The notes under the pieces are model-generated. The model saw only the letters and a program-made list of their open reading frames with translations. It did no database searches and was not told the origin of the DNA. From positions 29,016,001 to 29,080,000 of the forward strand of contig CM022672.1 in the NCBI GenBank assembly GCA_012295275.1: DNA of 64,000 nt, in the 5' to 3' direction. Position numbers and translations under genes: made by a program. The stretch is from Chrysomallon squamiferum. Taxonomy: Eukaryota > Animalia > Mollusca. Below are positions 51,759 to 64,000 of this stretch, piece by piece; within the stretch, counting starts at the first letter, position 1; every line of letters starts with the position of its first letter.

Positions 51759-54282
51759 GATCATCATTTTCTTGTTTTTGTTGTTGTTTTAACATTTTAA
51801 ATTCATTAATTTTCTACTTACTTTTTTGAATTTTTACTATTAATTAGTTCTGTGTTGTTTTTGTTGTTGTTGATGTTCCTGTTGTTTTCTCACTCTATCT
51901 TCTATCAGTGTAGCCTACGTCCTTACGCATATTGAGTCAAACAAGCGTTAAACGTAGAGAGGAAAATGTGTAACTTACGATCAGCAGGCTAAAATTACGT
52001 TATCCGCTATATTAATTTTAGTAACACGATCGTGACGTCAGTTATACGCGAGACGTTTAAAATTAAAGAACGACTGGCAGACGCAGAAATGAGCAATCAG
52101 AAATGTCTAACGCGACGGGATATTTTAAATATAAGTGACAGTTATATAATTATAGTTACCAATATAATTTACTATTTCTAATTTTCCACATTTTTTTTCT
52201 CCCTCTGGCATGTAGTTTTTTTTAATGCTATTTTTTCATTTTTCTTAAATTTAAATTGTATGTATGTATGTATGTATGTATGTATATGTTTATGTATGTA
52301 TGTGTGTAACTGTTTATGTATGTCTGTATAACCTATTTTAAGAATTGCAAGATGAGTTATGATTCAAGCAATTTCTTTTATGTTTTCTATTTTTAATACG
52401 GAAGTCACTAACAAATCAATGTAACACGATATCTGCCAAATAGCAGGAACCAATTATTTTAATTTTAAAATCTAGCTCTAAATTTAAAAAAGAAAAAAAA
52501 AAAAGAAGAAAAAAGGAGAATTAGTGTTACGTTGTTTGAATGTCAATAAGCCTAATAATAGCAAAGCTCATTTAGAAAAATCAAGCATGTTTGAAACTCT
52601 AGATTTTAATAAATTTAGTTATTTCAAGTGGGATTAATACATTCTTTTTTATCACTTGGGAGTAATGGTTTTCCTTTTTTCAAACCTGATAGAACCATGC
52701 AGGTAATGAAAGGGAAAATTCGTTACCTCAACCTTTTCGATTAACAGGAAAGAAATTTCTATCTACACCATCCCATAGACTAGGAAATATGTTATCTCTG
52801 TATTTATAAATCAGATGTGAGATCAGAGCATGCTTTAGACATAAGTTAAAAAAACTACAGCTGGGGGCATGCCAATTCAAAGGAGCAGAAAAAAAAAAAT
52901 GAGGGTAACATGAAATTCAGAATAAATATTTAGCAAATAAACAGTTTAAATGTTGCGCTGAATGAGCCACTAGCTTTAACGAGAAATAAAACAACTGAAG
53001 CACTGGCTAAGAATATTTTTTCTCACAAATTGAATACTGAAACTGAAATAATAATAATAATAATAATCAGCGGTTGTCTGACCCAAGTACAAATATAGGA
53101 GTCGCCAGTGGACAAGAACAGCAGAACACGTTTGACGTGACTGAATCACAATACAGCAGTAAAATAGGTTCCATTGCTTTGTCCATAATGAAATTATTAT
53201 TGTCATCAGGGAATCAATCAACTATTTGAAAAATGCTACTTGCAATAATAAAGGTTCGCATTGGCCTGTTTTGTCAGTACAGATTCACAAGTTGTCTGCG
53301 AAGAGAGTGATGTTGTCAAAGAGAAAAGAGAGGGTGTCCTTCCATTCTATCTAACCGTTTTCCATTCAGTCACTTTGTCAACAGGTTTTTTGGAACCAAA
53401 TTTATCTATACCTGTTTTGTGAACAGTCTAAAATCTCTACATTCATTCTGCAGCCAGCACGAAGAATGATATTTCTAATACTAAGTGACAGTGACAATGA
53501 CAGTGCAGTGACTTGACAGTGACAATGACAGTGAAATGACTTGACAATGATAATGCCTTGACTTGACAATACCAATGACAATGACTTTATTGTCATAAAC
53601 TGTATGATTACAGTACAGAGAAGAATGTATTACAAATATATAACAACATGCGTGGAAGTTTAACACGGAGGACATACTCTCTCACATATAGTTCTTATTA
53701 ACAAACATAACTTTTCTTAAAATAATCACAATTTTACAATTAAACAAATTATTATATGAAACTATATTTAGATGTCTCGTGTATTTATCTGGTATACCTT
53801 TTCTCGCATTTAATAATATATGATCATTACATTCAAATATTCAATGATACTCATCTCCAGTTTTTTCAAGATTACAAATATGACACTTTCTATTTTACTT
53901 AGAATATTAAACCATCGTCCTATTTCAATAGGAAGTTTATATTCTAAAGTTATATAAGACATTGCCAGTCTTTTGAGATAGCACTGAAAGATAATTTTCT
54001 AATTTTAGTTCATTTTAATTTTTTTTATAATTAATACCCTTTGAATATGTTTCATTTTAATTTTTACATAATTGTATCTATTGATCGTGTAATATTTTCG
54101 ATACCCTATATTGTTATTGTAGCTCAAACCATTTGTTTGTGATGTGAAAATGTAACAGTACATTGTAATCATAATCATAATCAGATTTTGTTTATTTTTT
54201 CTTAACTGTAAACCCCGTTCGCAGAAATGAATAAATAAATAAATATAATAAAAAGTACGAAAAGCTAAAAAAGTATTAATGA

Positions 54283-54331
<49 letters not shown>

Positions 54332-54912
54332 TTTTATAAAAAAAATATTTTTAAACATGATTTTAAACTGAGCTTTTGAAATACATATATAGACTTTCAG
54401 ACACAGAAATGGACTGACTAATGCACTGATGGATGAATGGATGGATAAATAAAGAGAACAGGGACAGCTAGAGAGACAGGTAAAGCGTAGAGGAAGAGAT
54501 ATTACTCAAAACGGATATGTAACTATACTGATCTATGACGGCTGATATATCAAAAAACTGAATTTACATCATAAAATGATCGTATTTTTCCCTACCTTTT
54601 CTTTTTTTTAAATCCAAGAACAATAAATACATTGTTGCAGTTTTGAGTGATTATTTCACTTTTTCATTCTAAGTATGAAATGATTTTAAGTAAAGTAGTG
54701 TCAGGAGGGTAATGACAGGGAACCATTAGACGGAATGAAAAGATAAAATGGTCTTATACTTTTTCATTAAACTCTGAAGCAGGATCCGTTTCAGATAACA
54801 TCACCATACTTACAGATGTAAAATCCGCAAGCTTATCTCTTATTTTAACTAGGACGCGTTCATATTGACTAAATTGAATACTGTAGACGAATCTGAAAAA
54901 GCTTATCAGAGG

Positions 54913-54950
<38 letters not shown>

Positions 54951-55496
54951 TCACACACGCACATACACAGAGATTTTTTATAACTAATAAAAGTAAAATA
55001 TACTGTAAAATTAGCAGTGATAGAAAAAAATAAATAGAAAAAAATAAGATAAGAAAAAAGATCGCAGCGGGAATAGTTGTTATTTTTAAAGATAAAAGAT
55101 AGACAGGAATAAGTCTAGCTACATTGTCCTTGTTTATTTGATCATTTGAGACTGAACTGCAGGCACTTTTCTAAATACAATTTTTACATGTATGAAATAT
55201 ATATAGAAGCATTGTTAATGTGGTACTATTAATTTTAGACATGTTAATACATTAGCAACAGCAACTTATGACATTATGGAGAATGAATCTTGAGAAGTTG
55301 AATATGTGACGTCAGAAGTCATAAATGTAAAAATGGAAATATCGTTTTTTTTATGCGTTTTGATAGAGAATAGACACGTCGTTTAAAAATGTAGTGAAAA
55401 CAAAAGCAGTAATATTTTGTTTAGCCACACTGTACATATATTAAAGATTATTTATCATAGTTGTATATGATAAGAGAGACAAAACCTGTTCTATTA

Positions 55497-55503
<7 letters not shown>

Positions 55504-55590
<87 letters not shown>
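55504..55590. repeat. Compound (TG)n(AG)n microsatellite
   Basis: Directly visible in the sequence. Confidence 0.98.
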
Positions 55591-55595
<5 letters not shown>

Positions 55596-55804
55596 GCAGT
55601 CTGTCAACAGAAGAGCAATGATAAATGACTTCTCAATACTGAGAGGAAATCCCAGCTAAACGTGATCGAGTTACTAACGCTGATCAGCTCTAACATTAAT
55701 GCTAATTCTGATTAAAGGTAATCGATAATATCCTGTCTTTAATACCATATACGTGCACCTCTTTTCCAAGATTACGTCACGTCTGAACCATCATGCACGT
55801 TATA

Positions 55805-56526
55805 TACTGTTCCAAAAAAAGTAGGGGAACTCTAATAAGAATTTACAAATGCCAAAATTGTAAGATATATTAGCTCTAAGATAATAGAGAATTAACAAGG
55901 CATACAGTACAGTCGGTACTTAGTATTACAGCAGGTTTCATGACCATCAAAGATCTTGAAGAACGACTGGGGACAGAAATGAAATTTGAACGTTGACGTT
56001 TCTGTGACAGTAGTGTGTGATACCGCCGCGGTGTATAAGACCTTTATTCACAAATGAGGCACCCTTTGTATGAGTCTGTCAAAAACTATTTAAGGGAGTT
56101 TGGTCCACTTTTGTTCTATTTTCTGTAACGTGGTAGGCAGTCTTTGATCTTGACGCACACATTTCCTTATTGTGCAGGTGAGCACTGGCAGTTCATGCAG
56201 TAGACGGGATTTCAGATGGCTTCAGTATGTCGTCCTGGTAGTACTGCCCGGTGACCCTTCCTTCCTGGAAATGGCGGGAGATGGCTTTTGTCAGTCATAG
56301 TTGTCACAATCAAGAATGTCACCCTCATGCATATGTACGGGGCAACTGCGTGATGCACGTGCTAACTATGGAATGTGTTTTCGTGTGATGATAAATACAC
56401 TTGAACGTTCTTTACTAATCTTCTGTCTGAGGTTTAATAATTGATATTAATACTAATATTTCAGATTTTTTGTTGAAAAGTACACATTGAAACTAATCCG
56501 AAACAGAAGCATTTATAAAACAGTAC
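55805..56526 (-). mobile_element. Internally deleted, degenerate Tc1-like DNA transposon
   Basis: TIR-like tactgttccaaaaaaagtaggggaact at the left end. Minus-strand transposase remnants GRVTGQYYQDDILKP, DRLIQRVP and IHRGGITHY resemble the Tc1 C-terminus (..RGG.T.Y*). The right boundary is uncertain. Confidence 0.65.
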
Positions 56527-56927
56527 ACAACAAGTCTTTTTAGTAAAACATCGCCAGTCTCAGATACGAGTTAAACGCATCGAGACAGATGGAAAGAGTG
56601 TGTGTACGGACACAGATAGGCTGGTAAATAGAAAGGTAAGTAGAATGATGAGTGAATGGCTGGATGATGTGTAGTACAGTCAAAGAGAGGCTACATTCTT
56701 CACTTCCGACATAATTTATATACCTATTTATCAATTTGTATACACCTACATGTACACAAACACATATATACGCATACATTATACATACACACATATACAT
56801 TATACTTGCATATATATACGTGCATACTGTCATACAAACACATGCATACTTATGTACATACATCAACACACAACTCACATACGGACTTATATTCACATAC
56901 ACATAGACACTTACACTATATACATAG

Positions 56928-56968
<41 letters not shown>

Positions 56969-58382
56969 GAGACACCTCTCTTATCCCGTTCGTTTTATTT
57001 GTCTACTCTTTATTCGAAAACAGTTATTCGTTGTGCAGCTAACACATTTATAACTTCAAGCAGTGTACCCTAGTGATTATCTTAAAACCGTTTCACTGAT
57101 GACATAAGTAACTTGGTCATTATCTACTCGGTACTTTGCCAAATTGACCAGCCTCTTGTTTAGCCATGATACAAACTGCTTTCACCAATTTCCAAAACTT
57201 ACTTAATAACAGTGCAATTAAGAACAGTTTACATGACGTCTTTCAAATAAAACGGTACACGATAGAGTCAAAAGTATCCAATGTTATCCAATGAATTCCG
57301 TGTATACATACTTAATGGAAAGGCTTTTTATTCTGACTTGCACTTTAAAAGACTTTTAAGCAAGTTACAAACGAACAAAACAAAAAACATATTACTTTCT
57401 TGAAGGGGAAAAATACATAGCTAAAAGGTGTTTACTATTTTTTTAAAGAAAAAAGAAAACGTTTTAACTATTTTTACAAAATATAAACGGTGCCTTAATC
57501 TAGTTAGATAGAAGCGTTCATTCTGCACTCAGGCTGTTTAGAACGGATACGCACTGGTTCCCTGTGGGCTATTTCTAAAACTAAAAATTAACGATGTTTG
57601 CCGTGTTCTCTGCTGAATAAAAGTCATCATCTGACAACAGGGAATTACTCGATGTGTTCTAGTGGTTCTGTAAAACAAATGTTTAACATTCCTCTGATAA
57701 ACAAAAACAGAATTAATGTAGTTGAGTAATGTGTTTGACACTGAAAAATAGACTGAAAAAGCAGTCTAGTGGTGTCATGACGTAAGGGAAAACGAATCTG
57801 TTCTTAACTCTTTTCTACACGTAATACACCAAATATTTCAAAACCAAAAACCGATCGCGGAGTGTTAATCAGTCTTACATCTTTTGACGTTTTATTTTTC
57901 GTTTTTATTTCTAAACAAATTAATATACTGTAGTTAGTATTCTCTTACATTATTAAATAAATATTTTATTCCCCAGTAACATACACGGAACATTAAGCAG
58001 TGTATTATAGAGATATCTAAACAAATGTTTAAACTTTCAATATGCTTGTTCTGTGTTAAATTCCTGAAGATTGTTGCAGATATAATAAATATTCTGCACT
58101 GATCATTTACTAATATAAAATAATGTTTAATGTTCAGTAGCTGATAACAGTCACTCTGGTGTGTACATTACTTTTGATGTGAAAATATGTTGAGAATTAA
58201 CTGTGAATTAACTGTGATGTTAAAATAATAAAATACTACTACTACTACTGTTACTGCTACTACTGCTATTACTGCTACTCATAATAATAATTATAACAAC
58301 AATAACAACAATAATAATAACAGTAACAAACAAGAAAGCAATATCAACAATAAAAAACAAGAATAATAATAGCAACAGCAAC

Positions 58383-58431
<49 letters not shown>

Positions 58432-60934
58432 TTTTCAATAACGGTAACGCCAATAACAACGGGAAGAAGAATAATAATAAGAAGAATTCATCACAGATGC
58501 TAGTATTTTTCCTGATTCGCTGATAAAAGATTTTTTTCTCTGTGTCTTCACATACAGTGGAAAAAACGGTTCTCAGTACGTACATTATATGACGTAAACT
58601 GAAACATTTTTTGGTGATGTCATTAAATTTTTACACGGCTTGAGATGTCAGAAGTAGAAAAATAAACAAGCAAATCTGGTGATATAACTTAATCAATGTT
58701 TCCTAGTCGTGTCAGTTAATCAGATGAATGACATCTGTGACTGAAAATAGAAAACATTAATCTATTTTATTGGTGTTTTACAAACATTTGTTTAATATCT
58801 AACCAGTCGCGTTGGACGATTAAAACAGTCTGTTCCAGCGTTAACGCTAATCGTGTCTGGTATCCAGCAGATGACGATAAGAATATTAATCAAAGTCTTC
58901 CGGTTATGACGTAAAACAAATGATTGACAAAAGCCGAAAATGTATCTTTGATGATACGAAAGAATTGGTCTAAATGTGTTGCGCACATTTCCATGTTATA
59001 ATTTGTTTCAAGCCATTCAGTTTAATTTGGTAACAACAAAACAGCACAGTTTAAAAATAGCTTTGCGTCGACTTCTTGCTTTAGTGCCTGTTTGTTTTAG
59101 GAATATAGTAGACTAATGGTCATCTGCGTATGAGTGAACGGTGTCTTCCCATTTGGTAGATTCCCAGTTCGTATAATTCTCATTTCGTAGAAAAACCTGG
59201 TTTACTGCAATACCTGATTACCTCTGTATATAATGAACTTGGCCTGTGCATACATCTGGTTTCTTTCTAACATTCAGAGGGGGAGCGCATTGTTCCTAAA
59301 TCGATTATGTAACATCAACCGAAAGCAGAATAAGCATTCACTTTTGTTGTTGATTTGTTACTTTTTCATTATTTCATCATCTTCCTCCTTCTCATTATCA
59401 TCATCATAATTATCATCATCAACATTATTATTATTATTATAATATTATTACTATTATTATTGTTGTTATTATTATTATTATTGTTATTCTTCTTATTCTT
59501 CTTATTATAATTACTGTTACTATTATTATTATTATTATTATTATTTTTTAAACTGGTCATTTCTAATTCATAAACATTTCATTTCCGTTACAAAACAAGC
59601 AACCAATAATAAACAATTTTACATCAATTTCATCTATTAAAATACAAAACGAAAAAAGAATGAAAGAAAAGAAAAATGGCTTGCTTCTGTAAGAGAATAC
59701 GACAAAAATATTATAAATAACTAATTCAGCAAATATAATTTTTAACAAAACATATTTTACATATGAGTAATTTACTTATATTCAGTAAATAGAGTATTAG
59801 AACGTTACATTTATCATTAACTTTTCGAATTCAACCGTATTCAGCTTAAACATGTACAAGATATCTGCTACTGATCATATTTACATTATGCACACATACA
59901 TATTCAGATTGTGCACATATTATACAATATATGTGACATAGTATATTAATAGTGTGTACACTAAAGATATTATGACCTGCAAATACTTTGGCTATGACTG
60001 AAAAAGTTTATACGAAGGACCAAATCATTGGGAATACTTTTAGATAAATACCTTCTTTTTTAATTATTTACATTCACTATATTCGATACATAGATTATTT
60101 CGATATTTGTCATATTTGCATACTTTATGCGATAAGCAATATCCACACTACAATAATACCTCAGATTAAAGATGTAATTGGTTCCAAAACTTCCAATAAT
60201 TAAGTGAGGTAAGCGGGAGACTAATTTACATAGAATTAAGGTTAAAAGCAGTGGTTACTTTCTCGCTGATGAGATCTGACATAAAAAAAAAAAAAGGTGA
60301 AATAAGGAGAAATAAAACAGCAGTTTAGACATAAATGATTTAATAGATTGTAGATATTAAATAAACAGTAAATCATTTACAAATCAATTTATACAAATAC
60401 ATTAAGAAATAAGTATATGCCGCTCATTGTGGGTTTTGGTTTCATTTAAGATAATGTATTTTGTTTCTAAAGTTATTATCTTCTGTTTCTTTTATCATCA
60501 GCATTTGCCGGTATACTGTTATTCGTTTTGACATATTGGAAGGGTAAATTACAAACAAGTTTAAGTCTAAATCGAAGCAGAAGACAAAAGAGAATCAGAA
60601 TATCAGATGCACATATGACGTGTCAACTGATCAACACAACTGAGAGAAGCTCGTGAATGAACGAAAAATTAAAGAAAAAGGACTTAAAAACATGCACTGT
60701 ATACATTTGTATCATTTATTTCGAGCAATTAACTATTAAATTAAATTTCTATTTATATAATTTGTAAAGAAGAAAGATTGTTAAAGCGTGGTATCGTTAA
60801 GCGAGATGTTACTGTATTTATACAATAATAATCGCTTTCCAAATAATCTGGAGCAGTTCATTAAAATGACTGAGGTAAAACCAAACATGTCAATAAGACC
60901 ACTGAACCACATTTAGCCTTTCTACGAAATGGGA

Positions 60935-61275
60935 TTCTACCATATGGGACTAAGCCGAATTTTTCTTTTATTTATTTCTTTTCTTTTATTATTATTATAA
61001 TTTTTTCCTTCATTACCTTGAGTCATGGAAGTCTTTGTGCTTATATCCAAGATATTATTTTGTTGTTTTGAGTAACAAAGACCATAAAAGATTAGAATGT
61101 CTCAGTTAAGTTGTACCTTTTCAGAGCTGTGAACATGCCGTTCACTCGGCTTAGTCCCATATGGTAGAACAAAATAATATCTTGGATATAAGCACAAAGA
61201 CTTCCATGACTCAAGGTAATGAAGGAAAAAATTATAATAATAATAAAAGAAAAGAAATAAATAAAAGAAAAATTC
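60935..61275. repeat. Perfect 130-bp inverted duplication with circularly permuted arms
   Basis: 60957-61064 is the exact reverse complement of 61168-61275, and 60935-60958 is the reverse complement of 61146-61169. Confidence 0.93.
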
Positions 61276-64000
61276 ATTATTTCATTATGAAAATGATCAT
61301 AATGGATTCATAAAACACCTAATTTGCAGAAAAAACCCTTAAATTTCTTGTTCACTTATGTTTTTTCCTCACGGTTCTGACATCAACACGTAATTGAGAT
61401 ATGAAGGTTACAAATTACCCCAAAATAGGAATATTAAGTCTCTCAAATCATCCACACAAAACTGATTTTGACACTTTATTTCACTCACTTTATAATGTCA
61501 GCAGCATCTGTTTGAAGTATATGGAAGATTAAAATATTTTCTGAAAGTAGATTTACAAACACTGGATTTAAAGGATTGTGCTCAGTCAGTGTAACGTCCG
61601 TCACAAGAATCTAAAGGTTTATGTGAGAAGAAAATCTGAAGATCTATAGTCATGTTCTTTCTAATTCTCTAAGATCTTATTAAGGGAAATTTTGAAAATA
61701 TATGTCAGTCAATCTTGAAATTAGGTTATTTGTATTTTGGCGAGGAAAGAAAACTAACATCCGTTACATGAAAAAGTTGGTAACGTCTGTCACAGTCAAG
61801 AAAAATCTTTACTACTGCTTTAGTCATTCAGCATCTTTAGCACAAAAGGCGGTTTCACTAATTACCACTACAAGACAGATGTAGAATGCTGAATTTCAAC
61901 CAACAATTCTTCACGAGCTCCTTTTAATCCATTTCCTGAGGTGTCTTTTCAAGCAATATCCTTAAAAAATAAATATATTCATTAAGTTTTTCCTGCTGTT
62001 CTGAAACAATATTATTTCTAAGTCCAAGAAAAAGACGTCTATCTTCAAGTAATCACAAATTTTATGTTAAAATGTTTGTTAATGAAAGACAACAAACACA
62101 CGTACATAGAACAGCCTTGCGTGCGAGGTTCATGGAGGCAGCCGATAGAGAAAACAGAAATAAGGTTCTCTAACTGAACGAGGTGTTTGTCGCTAGCCGC
62201 CTTTGAGAATGGTGCTATGTCCCTTTCATTCGGCCAAATAATGACGCGGAAACTTCTGAAGAAATTCATCTGTCTGCAGATGAGACCACTATTTACATGT
62301 TTGAAGCAAACTCGCTAAAATCTGTGTAATGTTCAGAATGATACTGAACTCTTTCCTGGAGAGGTAAAAAGCATATTCATGGTTAGAATTACGAAGAAGA
62401 CAAAATCTTTTATATTATCGCTTGGACATGCCATAAACAAATTAAAATAAAATATATTTAATTACAGCAACCAAAGTTATAAAGCCAAAGTCGTCAAGTT
62501 ACAATCCATCCAATCTAACAATTAATTAAAATACTTAAATACATTAATACATAATGATATGAACCGGCTCCAATTAATGGGTATGCGCCGATTAAGGACA
62601 GCTGAAGACAAAGATGTCTTATCCCTAGTAAATTGATTACGGCAATAATCTTGACAACAATTAAAATACCTAAATACATTAATACATAATAGCCGAGTGT
62701 TATAAAATAACGCACAGACCAGTGTCCAGTTGCGACGGACACGCCCGCTGACCTGTCAGAAAGCGTGCCAGTCGCAGACGTGCTTCACAACAGCTTGCTC
62801 TGATTAGCACGTTAATTTATTTTCACTTCACTTTCAGTGTCCAGTTACAACGCACTTGGCTGACCAGCAATAAACACTTCGGAACTCGGCTCATGGAATT
62901 TACCATGGAATTTGATATCCTAAATATGATAGAAAATGTAAACTAAAATCAGGTTCTTCTTCTTCTACTACTTTTTTTTCTTTTGTTTTTTCATCTATTA
63001 ATTTTGAATAATTCATTTAAATAGATTTACTTGTATGAACGGTTTTCGTGTGATGGTTAACATGTAATATGCACCAGGATGCGACATGATGGTCTGGGTA
63101 TTTTTTAACGTGACAGTTGTTAGAACATTCACTTTAGAATAATTGCAGGTTGCTACGTGACAGTAAAGACAATGGATATACTGGTAAAAGCTCGGTTTCT
63201 TCTGTAGAGTTTTGAATATCTTGAAAGTTTAGTTAACTGATCAAATCCACATCATAACGCTTTTAACATAACAGCGCTCGACTATACACTTCTCCCTACG
63301 AACAAAGAATATTCTTAAAATTAATAATGAACTCTAGTGCTAATCATAAAAACATGTCGGATAAACAGTAAATGGTAAGCGATGATTCAGAATTAACAAG
63401 TGTACTGCGACAGCGTCATTAAACAGGACTTTGACATCAGATAGAACTTTAATATGATCCTTGTGATGTTGGAAGATTAATCTGTTCTTGTTGTGTTGTC
63501 TACGACAGAAAATAAGCACGTTGAACTGTACGTATGTGGTCAGATTTGTAACAACGAGAACGTAGCGCTCTTGGATGCTGTAACGAAAAACATCCTTAAC
63601 TCAGAATCGCAATTAGACGCGTTAATAAAATCAATTTATGTTGTTGTTCGTGACATCCGAGGCGTCGCGTACCACGTAACAAACGTCGAGGACTTTCGAT
63701 GACTTATCAGCGAGTGTTTTAGTTTGTGACATTTATTGTTTCACTATTTCGACGTGCTTACAAATAAAGAAACAAAATATATTTAAAGAAAGAAAGAAAA
63801 CATCTCACACATTCATACACAGATAACCAACCATACACATATACTACACACATACACACTCACACACACACAAGAACATACACATTATAATAGAGATTTC
63901 GTGTGGTTCCAATTTCATAAATTTGTTTTTGAATTTTTTCTTTTTTTAAATATCAAATTAGCATATTCTATGTGTATTGATCTTTCTACCTGTCAAATCT

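Noticed and set aside
54005-59748. Poly-Y, poly-L, poly-N and VC/HT-repeat ORFs
   Set aside because: They are translations of (TAA)n and (CA)n microsatellites.
63300-63720. CpG-richer segment with a 69-aa plus-strand ORF and an open minus-strand frame
   Set aside because: No recognisable protein motif or convincing splice sites.

Overview
AT-rich, microsatellite-rich animal genomic DNA with spliced genes; a mollusc or other lophotrochozoan is likely, but this is inference. The left half (1-30 kb) looks like a 'constant N-terminus plus many alternative DNA-binding last exons' locus. A minus-strand gene has three shared coding exons (about 442 aa, with an unrecognised compact N-terminal domain) ending in a phase-0 GT donor at 26509. 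It is followed by phase-0 alternative exons: one encodes a piggyBac-type Cys-rich zinc ribbon, and one encodes the N-half of a BEN domain that can be completed by any of four paralogous phase-1 last exons. Converging on it from the opposite strand are eight paralogous stop-containing exons, each with three C2H2 fingers and a phase-0 acceptor, plus one decayed relic, with no shared 5' exon in the window. This resembles Drosophila mod(mdg4)/lola and raises a trans-splicing hypothesis. Head-to-head with this gene is BLOC1S6/pallidin (one probable homopolymer frameshift). Next come a small secreted Gly/Tyr-rich protein gene and about 17 kb of intergenic DNA with transposon relics and a circularly permuted inverted duplication. 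All splice models were read by eye and need RNA confirmation.
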